Of a DNA stretch of 64,000 nt, positions 28,232 through 36,786 are shown piece after piece. The notes below the pieces were generated by a model that saw nothing but the letters and a program-made list of their open reading frames with translations, had not been told where the DNA came from and searched no databases. Source of the stretch: an uncultured Actinomycetes bacterium (GTDB lineage Bacteria > Actinomycetota > Thermoleophilia > UBA2241); assembly GCA_963709345.1 (NCBI GenBank), contig CAVPVX010000002.1, positions 192,001 through 256,000 of the forward strand. The letters are read 5' to 3'. Made by a program: the position numbers and the translations under genes. Within the stretch, counting starts at the first letter, position 1; each line of letters begins with the position of its first letter.

Positions 28232-28648
28232 GTGGCAAGGCGCACGGGGGAGCCACGCTGGGTCGACCGCCTGGTCGTCGAGGCCGTGCAGTTCGACCTC
28301 ATCCGCGAGCACGGCGGCATGCCCGGCCTGCGCGACGAGCACGGGCTCGAGGCGGCTCTCGCCCGACCGCAGCAGTGGCGCGCCTATCGCCCCGACGCAG
28401 ACCTCGCCGAGCTGGCGGCGGCCTACGGACACGGCCTCGCGACCGGGCACCCGTTCCACGACGGCAACAAGCGCATCGCCTTCGTCACCACGGCAGTCTT
28501 CCTCGAGCTCAACGGAGTCACGCTCGAGGCGGACGAAGCAGAGGTCGTCACGGTGATACTCAGCCTGGCTGCCGGTGAGACGACGGAAGACCAGCTTGCC
28601 TCCTGGGTGAGGACGAGGACCGCAACGGCTGGGCAAGCGTCCGGCTAA
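28232..28648 (+). CDS. Doc/Fic family toxin
   Basis: HPFHDGNKR Doc motif, GLRD..LE.ALARP; TAA stop lies inside attC H. Confidence 0.9.
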   Translation: MARRTGEPRWVDRLVVEAVQFDLIREHGGMPGLRDEHGLEAALARPQQWRAYRPDADLAELAAAYGHGLATGHPFHDGNKRIAFVTTAVFLELNGVTLEADEAEVVTVILSLAAGETTEDQLASWVRTRTATAGQASG

Positions 28649-28740
28649 CGTTGAGCGGGGGAGCTGCCGGGCGCAGCGCTCCGCCTGCAATCTACTCTAC
28701 CGTTGCGAGCGCCCGGGTCTGCTCAATCCGCTGGCTAGCC
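28643..28740 (-). repeat. attC-like site H
   Basis: Minus strand GGCTAGC-CAGCGGATTGAGCAGAC...GTTAGCC. Confidence 0.68.
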
Positions 28741-28749
28741 AGGCGGCCT

Positions 28750-29208
28750 CTAGGGCTTCGAAGCCCTTTCCTCAAGACTGGCCTTGTGCGACTGCAGGAA
28801 CGCTCGCCCGATGTTCGAACTGCCGAAGGTCCTGTAGAAGAAGCCCAGCAAGCCTGGGGCTTCGACATCGCTGATGGTGACGCGGTGATCGACTCCGCCG
28901 GCGCTCGCCGTGAACTCGTCGAGGAAGTGCGACCGTGCCTTGACCTTCGATCCGGCCTGGTAATCCTCATCGAGCTCGACCGTCACGCTCTCGGGCTCGA
29001 CACGTACGGTGATCCCCGAGCGCCGCATCAGCCCCTCGTTGGTCCGTATGACCACGAAGTCAGAGCCCTGCTCCACTAGCTCTACACTCGTCATGCCCGG
29101 CATGCGGCTGACGACGTCGACGTAGAACTCGCCGAGGTTCTCGAACGCCTGCTTCACTTGCTGGATGCTGCACTCGATCTGGTTGGAGTCCTCAAACCAA
29201 GCTGACAT
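28750..29208 (-). CDS. SRPBCC/START-like hypothetical cassette protein
   Basis: GGAGG RBS, ~152 aa with helix-grip-like pattern; flanked by attC-like sites. Confidence 0.55.
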   Translation of the reverse strand: MSAWFEDSNQIECSIQQVKQAFENLGEFYVDVVSRMPGMTSVELVEQGSDFVVIRTNEGLMRRSGITVRVEPESVTVELDEDYQAGSKVKARSHFLDEFTASAGGVDHRVTISDVEAPGLLGFFYRTFGSSNIGRAFLQSHKASLEERASKP

Positions 29209-29264
29209 GACTCGTCCTCCCACACTGTAGGAAGTGCCGTTTCAAGACCGCCGTGCCTCGCCCT

Positions 29265-29340
29265 GGCTAACGTTCTTGCGCATCAGCTGGGAGGCGCAGC
29301 GATGCTTCCCTGCCTGATTCTACCTGTCGAGCGCCGAGGA
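29265..29340 (-). repeat. partial attC-like site I (one arm deleted)
   Basis: GGCTAAC...GCGCATCAGCTG.GAGGCGC...GAGCGCCGAG resembles site G but lacks the second arm. Confidence 0.55.
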
Positions 29341-29378
29341 CTCACGCTCCGCGGCGGCGTCGAAGCGCAGGACGCGGC

Positions 29379-29600
29379 TCATCCGCGGCGGGCACGCGCC
29401 CTGGCGAGGACCTCGTCGGCGGGAGAGGTGGCAGCGCCGGCGTCGATCTCGGCGTCGCGGCGCGCCGCCTCAGCGAGCCAGAGCTGTTCGACCTCGGCCT
29501 CGGAGAGTTCGTCGAGGCTGTCGAGCAGCCGGTGGGCGAGATGGGCCCGGCCTTGGGGGTCGAGGGTGAGCGCCTCGCGCATGAGTTCGTCGATGGTCAC
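29379..29600 (-). CDS. addiction-module antitoxin; partner toxin truncated after ~14 codons (MSRVLRFDAAAERE)
   Basis: AL.L....RA.LA..LL.SL......E..W..EA.RR..EI..G......EV...R pattern; ATGA-coupled toxin start runs into attC I. Confidence 0.75.
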   Translation of the reverse strand: MTIDELMREALTLDPQGRAHLAHRLLDSLDELSEAEVEQLWLAEAARRDAEIDAGAATSPADEVLARARARRG

Positions 29601-29686
29601 GCCTGCCACCTCGCTTCCGCACTGCGCCGACACCTGCATTGTACCGCCGCGCCCAGACGGCTGACAGATGACGATGGGGGTGTTGC

Positions 29687-29770
29687 GGCTAACGTTCGGA
29701 GCATGACCCGCGAACCGCGGCCCGCACGCGCCTTCATTTTCATGGTACTACGTGCCCGCTGCCGGTCGTG
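29687..29770 (-). repeat. partial attC-like site J (right end of array)
   Basis: GGCTAACGTTCGGAGCATGACCCGCG matches the left-arm pattern of the other sites; distal arm poor. Confidence 0.45.
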
Positions 29771-29906
29771 ACCTGCACGCCCCCGGGCGGGCCGTGCGGT
29801 CCTGCGCCGCGAATCACCCGTTCCGGGTGAGGCGACGGCGGCAGGGCCGCGCTACGTTCAGTGGGACGCATCACCGCGCCGGGAAGGCACGCGAAAGGAG
29901 AGACCC

Positions 29907-30275
29907 ATGCAACGCAGGTCCGTCATCGCGACCGTTGCCCTCATCCTGCTACTGGCGGGACTCGCGGCGGCCGGGTCGTCCATCGGGTCGGCGCCCTCCC
30001 CCTCGGAGGCGACCGGCCTCCCGCGGCCGGCGTCGGCCCTCATGCCCGAGCAGCTGCAGACGAGTTCAGCGCTCCCGGGCAGCGAGGCCGTTGCGTTCGC
30101 CCCCGGCGGCATGAGCGGCGACTTCGCCGCGCGTCGGCTCGCCGACGCCGGCGCGCTCCGGGCGCCGTCGATCTACATCCCGTCGGACAGATGGCGGTTC
30201 CGGCTGCCCGGCGCCCGCGCGCACCGTCTTCTGACACCCGCCACCAGGATGGCCGCGGCAAGGTACGCCGCGTGA
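29907..30275 (+). CDS. hypothetical exported protein
   Basis: AAAGGAG RBS, signal-peptide-like N-terminus. Confidence 0.5.
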   Translation: MQRRSVIATVALILLLAGLAAAGSSIGSAPSPSEATGLPRPASALMPEQLQTSSALPGSEAVAFAPGGMSGDFAARRLADAGALRAPSIYIPSDRWRFRLPGARAHRLLTPATRMAAARYAA

Positions 30276-30285
30276 GCAGGAGTCG

Positions 30286-31671
30286 CTAGACCTTCTTCAC
30301 GCCGGCGATCAGCTTGCCGACCACGTCCTGGGCGTCGCCGTAGACCATGCGCGTGTTGTCCGCGTAGAACAGCTTGTTCTCGATGCCGGCGAACCCGGCG
30401 CCGCGGCCGCGCTTGATCACGAACGCTTGTTGGGCCTTGTCGACGTCGAGGATCGGCATGCCGTAGATGGGGCTGCCGGGATCGTCGCGGGCGGCGGGGT
30501 TGACGACGTCGTTGGCGCCGATGACGATGGCCGCGTCGGCCGTGGGGAACTCGCCGTTGATCTCGTCCAGGTCGTAGATCATGTCGTAGGGCACGCCGGC
30601 CTCGGCGAGCAGGACGTTCATGTGCCCGGGCATGCGGCCGGCGACCGGGTGAATGGCGAACTTCACCTGGATGCCGCGCTCTCCGAGCAGCTTGGCCAGC
30701 TCCCAGACCTTGTGCTGCGCCTGGGCGACGGCCATGCCGTAGCCGGGCACGATGATCACCTTCTGCGCGAACGCGAGAGTGACGGCGGCGTCGTCCGGGC
30801 TCGACTCCTTCATCGCGCCCTCGATGGCCTCCAGTTCCTGCCCACCCTTGGCGCCGAAGCCTGCGAAGAGGACGTTGCCGATGGAGCGGTTCATGGCCTT
30901 GGCCATCATCTGCGTGAGCAGGGTGCCGGCGGCGCCGACTACGATACCGGCGATGATCAACGCGCCGTTGCCGAGCACGTAGCCCTCGAGGCCGACGGCC
31001 AGACCCGTGAGGGCGTTGTAGAGGCTGATGACCACCGGCATGTCGGCGCCGCCGATGGGCAGCGTCATGAGCACGCCGTAGAGCAGCGCGAGCGCGAAGA
31101 AGAGCGCCAGCACGAGGCCCTCGTTGCCGCCCATGTTGCCGGTGTGTTGCAGGGCCGCGATGACGGCCAGCGCGACCGCGGCCGCCAGGACCAGCAGGTT
31201 GAGGACGTTCTGGCCCGGGAAGAGGAACGACTTCTTGATGATCCCCTGCAGCTTGGCGAAGGCGATCATGCTGCCGCTGAAGCTGACGGAGCCGATGAGG
31301 GCGCCGATGATGCCGAGCACGGCGAAGCTCGCCGGCATGGTCTCCGGCTTCATGAACTCGACGGCGGCGATCAGCGCTGCCGCGCCGCCGCCCATGCCGT
31401 TGTAGATCGCGACCATCTGCGGCATGTCGGTCATCGCGACCTTGCGCGCCGCGACGTAGGCGATCGCGGCGCCGATGGCAATCGCTATCGTCATCAGCAG
31501 GTAGTTGCTCATCTCCGGCGTCGCGAAGGTGATCGCCGTGGCGACCAGCATGCCGACGCCGGCCCAGATGATGCCGCGCCGCGCCGTGCGCGGCGAGCTC
31601 ATGCTCTTGAGGCCGAGGATGAAGAGAACGGCGGCGGCGATGTAGGCGATCTGGATCAGGTCAGCGCGCAT
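30286..31671 (-). CDS. pntB: NAD(P) transhydrogenase beta subunit
   Basis: MPQMVA.YNG.GG, PIGGADMPVVIS, PGYGMAVAQAQ, HPVAGRMPGHMNVLLAEA. Confidence 0.95.
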   Translation of the reverse strand: MRADLIQIAYIAAAVLFILGLKSMSSPRTARRGIIWAGVGMLVATAITFATPEMSNYLLMTIAIAIGAAIAYVAARKVAMTDMPQMVAIYNGMGGGAAALIAAVEFMKPETMPASFAVLGIIGALIGSVSFSGSMIAFAKLQGIIKKSFLFPGQNVLNLLVLAAAVALAVIAALQHTGNMGGNEGLVLALFFALALLYGVLMTLPIGGADMPVVISLYNALTGLAVGLEGYVLGNGALIIAGIVVGAAGTLLTQMMAKAMNRSIGNVLFAGFGAKGGQELEAIEGAMKESSPDDAAVTLAFAQKVIIVPGYGMAVAQAQHKVWELAKLLGERGIQVKFAIHPVAGRMPGHMNVLLAEAGVPYDMIYDLDEINGEFPTADAAIVIGANDVVNPAARDDPGSPIYGMPILDVDKAQQAFVIKRGRGAGFAGIENKLFYADNTRMVYGDAQDVVGKLIAGVKKV

Positions 31672-31972
31672 CGCCGCCCGCTTCTCCGCGGTCGCCGCTG
31701 CTCTTGAACATGTCGAGCATGCGTTCCGTCACGACGTAGCCGCCGACGGCGTTGGCAGTGCCGAGCAGCACGGCGAGGAAGCCGATGATGCGGGTGGCCG
31801 TGGTGTCGGCGCCGCCGAGTACGACCATCGCGCCGACGACGACGATGCCGTGGACGAAGTTCGAGCCGCTCATCAGCGGCGTGTGCAGGATCACCGGCAC
31901 GCGAGAGATGACCTCGTAGCCGACGAACGCGGCGAGGATGAAGATGTAGACCGCAGCGAGGCCGGTGATCAT
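31661..31972 (-). CDS. pntAb: NAD(P) transhydrogenase alpha subunit, membrane part
   Basis: VP..LHTPLMSGSN.VHG, N.VGGY.VT.RML.MF. Confidence 0.92.
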   Translation of the reverse strand: MITGLAAVYIFILAAFVGYEVISRVPVILHTPLMSGSNFVHGIVVVGAMVVLGGADTTATRIIGFLAVLLGTANAVGGYVVTERMLDMFKSSGDRGEAGGDAR

Positions 31973-33174
31973 GACGCGCCTCCTGCCTCGTCCGCCCCGT
32001 CCGCTGCCGGCTCGGCCGAAGCTTCAGGCGCCGGATCGGCCGGCGCATCCGGCCCCTCGATCCGCTCCCGCACCTGCCGGTTCACGATCGCGCCGTCGCG
32101 AGTGAGCACGCTGCCGGCCAGGACCTCGTCGTCCCAATCCAGCAGGAGCTCACCGTCCTTGATGAACGGCGTGAGGAAGTGCATGAGGTTACGCGCATAC
32201 TGGTCGCTCGCGTGCACCGGCAGCATGCCCGGGATGTTGAGCGGGCCGTAGATGAACACACCGTTGGGATGGTTGTACTGCTCGCCGGGCCGGGTGAGCT
32301 CGCAATTGCCGCCGCCCTCGGCGGCCATGTCGATGATCACCGCTCCCGGCTTCATCTTCTCGACCACATCGGCCGTGATCAGCTTCGGCGACGGCCGACC
32401 CGGGATGGCCGCCGTGGTGATGACGGCATCGGCCTCGATGATGTGGCTGTCGACGACCCCCTTTGTTTTGGCCTTCTCCTCGTCGGTCAGTTCCCGCGCG
32501 TAGCCGTCTTTCACCTCGGCGTCGATCCCGGTGTCGATGAAGCGGCCGCCTAGGGACTGCACCTGCTCGCGTGTCACGGCGCGCACGTCGTAGGCCTCCA
32601 CGACCGCGCCGAGGCGCCGCGCGGTGGCGATGGCCTGGAGCCCGGCCACGCCGACGCCCAGCACGAGGACCTTGGCCGGGCGCAACGTGCCGGCAGGCGT
32701 CGTGAGCATCGGGAAGTATCGGCCGGCCATGCACGCCGACATCAGCACCGCCTTGTAGCCGGCGATGGACGCCTGCGACGTCAGCGCGTCCATCGACTGC
32801 GCCCGCGAGATGCGCGGCAGCAGCTCGAGAGCGAAGCTCGTTATGCCGCGGTCGCGCAGGGCCTTGATCGCGTCGTCCGCCTTGTAGGGCTGCAGGAGGC
32901 CGATGACGACGGCGTCCCCGCGCATCATCTGCGTCTCGTCGGGTGACGGAGCGTCGACCTTCAGCACCACGTCGGCGGCGAAGACCTCCGCGGCCGAGTC
33001 GACGAGCATGGCCGCGCCGAACTCTTCGTCGCGGATGTGACTGAGCCGGCCGGCAGAGCGCTCGACGAGCACCTCCGCGCCCAGCATCACGTACTTCTCG
33101 GCGACCGCCGGAACGAGCGCTATGCGCGTCTCTCCGGTCGCCGTCTCTCTGGGCACGCCGATGCGAACGGCCAT
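31969..33174 (-). CDS. pntAa: NAD(P) transhydrogenase alpha subunit, NAD-binding part
   Basis: IGVPRET..GE.R.AL.P, PRISRAQSMD.L.S, GVGVAGLQAIATA, GGNCELT. Confidence 0.93.
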   Translation of the reverse strand: MAVRIGVPRETATGETRIALVPAVAEKYVMLGAEVLVERSAGRLSHIRDEEFGAAMLVDSAAEVFAADVVLKVDAPSPDETQMMRGDAVVIGLLQPYKADDAIKALRDRGITSFALELLPRISRAQSMDALTSQASIAGYKAVLMSACMAGRYFPMLTTPAGTLRPAKVLVLGVGVAGLQAIATARRLGAVVEAYDVRAVTREQVQSLGGRFIDTGIDAEVKDGYARELTDEEKAKTKGVVDSHIIEADAVITTAAIPGRPSPKLITADVVEKMKPGAVIIDMAAEGGGNCELTRPGEQYNHPNGVFIYGPLNIPGMLPVHASDQYARNLMHFLTPFIKDGELLLDWDDEVLAGSVLTRDGAIVNRQVRERIEGPDAPADPAPEASAEPAADGADEAGGAS

Positions 33175-33366
33175 CTATCCTCCCCCTCGGAGCGAGCCCC
33201 GTCAGGGGGCTCGTGCGATGCGTTCCCGCGGGCCTGCCGAAGAAAACCTCGTGCCGCCAGTAGAAACACGGCGACCGGGACGCTGGACCGGGGGCAGGCC
33301 GGAGCGTGGCACGGGGAAGCAAGGCCGGCGGCCGGCGGCGCAACCGCTCAGGCGAGGCCGAACGTC

Positions 33367-35169
33367 CTAGGAGCGAAGCCTGCGGACGGCGATCGACACC
33401 GAGCCGAGCCCCACATGCGTCGTGAGTACGGCGCCGGCGCGCACGACGGGCACGTCGCCACCGAGGTACTTGCGCAGACGGGCAGCCACGAACTCCGCGC
33501 CGGCCTCGTCGCCGCTGTGCACGACCATGGCGCGCGCGGGAGCGCCGGCGGCGTAGCGGACGGTGCGCTTGACGATGGCGTTCAGGGCGCGGTCGAATCC
33601 CAGCGCTGCGCCCCCCTTGCCTGCTTTGCCCGTCTCGTCGAACACGATGATCGGCGCCAGTTTCAGCCGCCCGAGCGTGCGCGCCAGACGCGGGCTCACG
33701 CGGCCGCCACGAACGGCGAAATCAAGCGACGCGACGGTGCCGAAGATGCGGATGTCGCGCTTGACGCGCTCGGCGACCGCCTCGACCTCGTCCAGGCTCT
33801 CGCCGGCGGCGATGGCTTCGCCGATCGCCTCAACGAGCAGTCCCGCACCGACGGAGACGCCACACGAGTCGATCACGCGGACGCGCTGCGGGTCGACCTC
33901 ACGCATTGCGGCTCGGGCGGACTGGACCGTGCCCGACATCGCGCCGGCGATGTGCACCGAGACGACGCCTTCACGGTACTCCAGCAGCCGGCGGTAGGTG
34001 CCGACGAAGTCGGCGACCGCCGGCTGGGACGACCGCGGGACTCCCGTACCGGCGACGATACGCTGGATGAACCCGTCGAGAGTGATGTCGACGCCGTCGA
34101 GGTACTCCTCGTCGCCGAGCGACAGCGTGAGCGGTACGGCGACGACGCCAAGCGCGAAGGCCGTCTCTTCCGGCAGGTCCGTGGTCGAGTCGGTGACGAT
34201 CGCGAGCGCCGACTCGCGCCCGGCAAGCTGCTGAAGCACCATATCGTCGATCTTGCTCCGCTCGATGGCCCCGAGCTCGGCAACCGACGCCAGGAAGTGC
34301 TGGGGCTCGTTCGTGTGGATGTGGACGCGGAGCCTGGTTTCGCCGCCGGCGACCACCAGCGAGTCGCCCAGACCCAGCACGCGAGCCATGACGGCGTCGC
34401 GCGAGAGAGTCGCCCCGTCACGCGGCGTCAGGAGCGCCTCGGTGCAGAAGCGGTAGGTGTCGTCGATCTCGACGTGATCGGCCGAGAACGGCGGCAGCCC
34501 ATGCGGCGAGGCCTCCGTCGGCACCCAGGCGGCCTCGTGGCCGCCGCGCAGGGAATCCATGAATCCCTCGAGGAAGTACACGAATCCCTGGCCGCCGGCG
34601 TCGACGACGCGGCTACGGGCGAGCACCTCGAGCTGCCGGGGCGTGGCGGCAAGGGCTTCGCGCGCCGCCACCAGCCCGCTGTGCATCAGGTCGGTGAAGT
34701 CCTCCTCGTGAGCCCGGCGGCCGAGCTCGTGCGACCACGCCTTGAGCACCGAGAGGATCGTCCCCTCGCGAGGATCCTGCAGGGCCGAGTAGGCCGACTC
34801 CGTGCCCCTCAGCGCAGCGTCGGCGAACTGTGGCCCGTCGACGCGTTGCAGGCGCTCCAGAGAGCCGGCGAGGCCGTGGAGGAACTGGGCGAAGATCGCG
34901 CCGGAGTTGCCGCGCGCGCCGTCGAGAGCGCCGTCGGCGGCGGCTCTTGCCGCGGCGCCCACCGCGTCGGGAGCGGCGCTCCCGAGGCGAGAGGCCGCCG
35001 CTTTGAGGGTCGCCGCGAGATTGGCGCCGGTGTCGGCGTCACGGACCGGGAAGACGTTGATGCGGTTGAGCGACTCCTGCTCGCGGACCACGGCGAGCGC
35101 GCCGGCACGCATCACACGCGAGAACACCGGGCCGTTCATCGTGCCGGCATCGTCGAGCACTCGAGCCAT
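33367..35169 (-). CDS. DAK2-DegV fusion (fatty acid kinase FakA/FakB-like)
   Basis: N-terminal LN.INVFPV.D.DTG.N, GARGNSG, VDAGG.G; C-terminal IVTDST.DLP, SSQP, MSGT..SA, THVG. Confidence 0.85.
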   Translation of the reverse strand: MARVLDDAGTMNGPVFSRVMRAGALAVVREQESLNRINVFPVRDADTGANLAATLKAAASRLGSAAPDAVGAAARAAADGALDGARGNSGAIFAQFLHGLAGSLERLQRVDGPQFADAALRGTESAYSALQDPREGTILSVLKAWSHELGRRAHEEDFTDLMHSGLVAAREALAATPRQLEVLARSRVVDAGGQGFVYFLEGFMDSLRGGHEAAWVPTEASPHGLPPFSADHVEIDDTYRFCTEALLTPRDGATLSRDAVMARVLGLGDSLVVAGGETRLRVHIHTNEPQHFLASVAELGAIERSKIDDMVLQQLAGRESALAIVTDSTTDLPEETAFALGVVAVPLTLSLGDEEYLDGVDITLDGFIQRIVAGTGVPRSSQPAVADFVGTYRRLLEYREGVVSVHIAGAMSGTVQSARAAMREVDPQRVRVIDSCGVSVGAGLLVEAIGEAIAAGESLDEVEAVAERVKRDIRIFGTVASLDFAVRGGRVSPRLARTLGRLKLAPIIVFDETGKAGKGGAALGFDRALNAIVKRTVRYAAGAPARAMVVHSGDEAGAEFVAARLRKYLGGDVPVVRAGAVLTTHVGLGSVSIAVRRLRS

Positions 35170-35268
35170 CGTCGCCCCTCACTCCCCTGGTCGTCTGTCT
35201 CGCTGAGCCTTTGCCAGTCTACCCGGACGAGCGGCGCTAGACACGAGCTCCGCCGACCCGGGCCGCGG

Positions 35269-35775
35269 TCAGCCCACCGGAGGCGCTCCGATGGCCTTCA
35301 GCGCCTTGCGCGCCTCCGCGGCGACGTGAGCGTCAGGGTCGCCGAGCGCACGCCGCAGCGTGTCGGCGGCCGCCGGGTCGCCGATGCCGCCGAGGGCCTG
35401 GACGCAGAGCAGTCGCAGCAACGCATCGGGGTTGTGCATGGCGACGCACAGCGGCTTGACGGCGACAGGGTCACCCATCTTGCCGAGAACGTAGGCGGCG
35501 TCCTGGCGACGATGAAGGTGTCCTTCCTTGAGAACGAAGATCAGACGATCGCGAGCCGGCGGCCCGATGAGGATGAGCGCCTCGCGCGACGTGTTGAGTT
35601 GGACCATGTTCTTGGTCTGCAGGCGCTGGATGATCTTGTCCAGATAGCTCTCAAGAGACTGGAGCGCAGCCTCGCGAATGGCAGGGTCCTTCTTGTACTT
35701 GGCGGCGCGCACGAGGCCGTCGATCTTGCCGGCGGCGTCGAGCTTGGCCACGTTCGGTGGGCCGAACAACCCCAC
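35269..35775 (-). CDS. HEAT/PBS-lyase repeat protein
   Basis: GLFGPPNV.KL, R..AA..LG.MGD..AV..L, ALG.IGD..A..L..AL.D.D..V. Confidence 0.75.
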   Translation of the reverse strand: MGLFGPPNVAKLDAAGKIDGLVRAAKYKKDPAIREAALQSLESYLDKIIQRLQTKNMVQLNTSREALILIGPPARDRLIFVLKEGHLHRRQDAAYVLGKMGDPVAVKPLCVAMHNPDALLRLLCVQALGGIGDPAAADTLRRALGDPDAHVAAEARKALKAIGAPPVG

Positions 35776-35847
35776 GTGCGTCTCCTTTTTCACGGACCGG
35801 CGCCGCGACGGCACCCGAGGTGACAGTCTACCTCAGCCGGGCGTGGC

Positions 35848-36779
35848 CTACCGCAGGATCCGGTTGGCCACATCCAGGAGTCGTGCCGGGAGATCGCGGT
35901 AGGTCCGCACCGGGAAGACGTCGCCGTGCCCCGCATCGGCGAGCCGCCGGCACAGCCCCGGGTTCATCTTGTAGTCCTCGGTGAGCAGGACGAACAGCTT
36001 CGGGAAGCGATGGGCGAGCGGCAGCGGGTCGCCGCCGGCCGTGACGACGCCGTCGCTGATGAGCAGGCCGCTGCGCCGCGGGCTGCGGCCGCGCTCCAGT
36101 TCTGCTGCGCCGAGTTCCAGCGCGGCCGCGATGTTCGTGTAGCCGCGCACCGGCTGGTCGAGCATGCGTCGCACGACCTCCGTCGCGGGGTCGGGCACGT
36201 CGAGATGCGTCACGGCCGTCGCCTTGTCTTCGAACACGACCACCGACAGGTCCTCGGGGTGCAGCTTGAGCGCCAAGACCGCCGCGGCGACCGCGGCGAT
36301 GGCCATGTTCTCCCCCGACATGCTCAGCGACGTGTCGACCATGAGCACGACCTGGTGGCGGCGGTCGACCCGCCGCCGGACCACCCAGTCGCCCGGCTCC
36401 GGGTACGGCTTTCCGAGCAGGTTGTCGACCGTCGCCTCGACGTCGAGTTCGCCGGCGTACGGCTCGCGCAGCGGCTCGCGAATCGTGTGCGTGGCGCCCT
36501 TCAGCGGACCGACGAGGCGGGTGGCGCGCTGCAGCACAGCCCGCGCCGCCAGCCGCTCGGCGTAGAAGCGCAGGCCCGGGTCGCCGATGCGACAGCCGCT
36601 ACGCGTCAGGTTGATGGCGATCGTCCAGCCGTCGAGGTCGGGTACGTCGACGCGATAGCGATCGGCGAGCGCCGCGAGCGGTGCGTCGCCCGGAGGCGGC
36701 TCCGGCGCGCACGCCGGCAGCCCCCGGACCTCGACGCGCCCCTGGTGCCGCAGGCGCGCCCCGGAGAGGGCGCTCAGGC
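35848..36779 (-). CDS. VWA-domain module (CoxE-like), open in the -1 frame relative to the upstream AAA ATPase
   Basis: MIDAS DTSLSM; frame is open back through the AAA stop with no ATG/GTG/TTG upstream of 36537; that stretch is homologous to the linker of the fused paralog. Confidence 0.75.
36308..36537. repeat. 230-bp direct repeat, copy 1 (copy 2 at 38277-38506)
   Basis: Appears identical base-for-base by eye; flanks diverge. Confidence 0.85.
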
Positions 36780-36786
36780 TTTTGGG
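36756..36786 (-). promoter_or_regulatory. candidate programmed -1 ribosomal frameshift signal
   Basis: C CCA AAA heptamer in the correct phase, 6-nt spacer, then stem-loop GCGCCCU-CUCC-GGGGCGC. Confidence 0.6.

Larger units (their letters stand above)
23372..29770 (-). mobile_element. integron-like gene cassette array without integrase in window (CALIN)
   Basis: About 10 attC-like palindromes, each following a short gene or TA pair; no tyrosine recombinase seen in the window. Confidence 0.8.

Noticed and set aside
23713-29770. Repeated palindromes considered as a CRISPR array or REP elements
   Set aside because: Repeats are 85-100 bp, diverged and separated by whole genes; no cas genes seen; architecture fits attC better.
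29780-29906. AGTGGGACGCA and nearby hairpins reminiscent of a c-di-GMP-I riboswitch; also checked as attI/intI location
   Set aside because: Lacks the GGCAAAC and GAAA tetraloop elements; no integrase ORF present.
33037-35823. 928-aa plus-strand ORF and other long antisense ORFs in the track (e.g. 7876-9948, 18717-20510, 57155-58888)
   Set aside because: Shadow frames of recognisable opposite-strand genes, expected at this GC content; no motifs.
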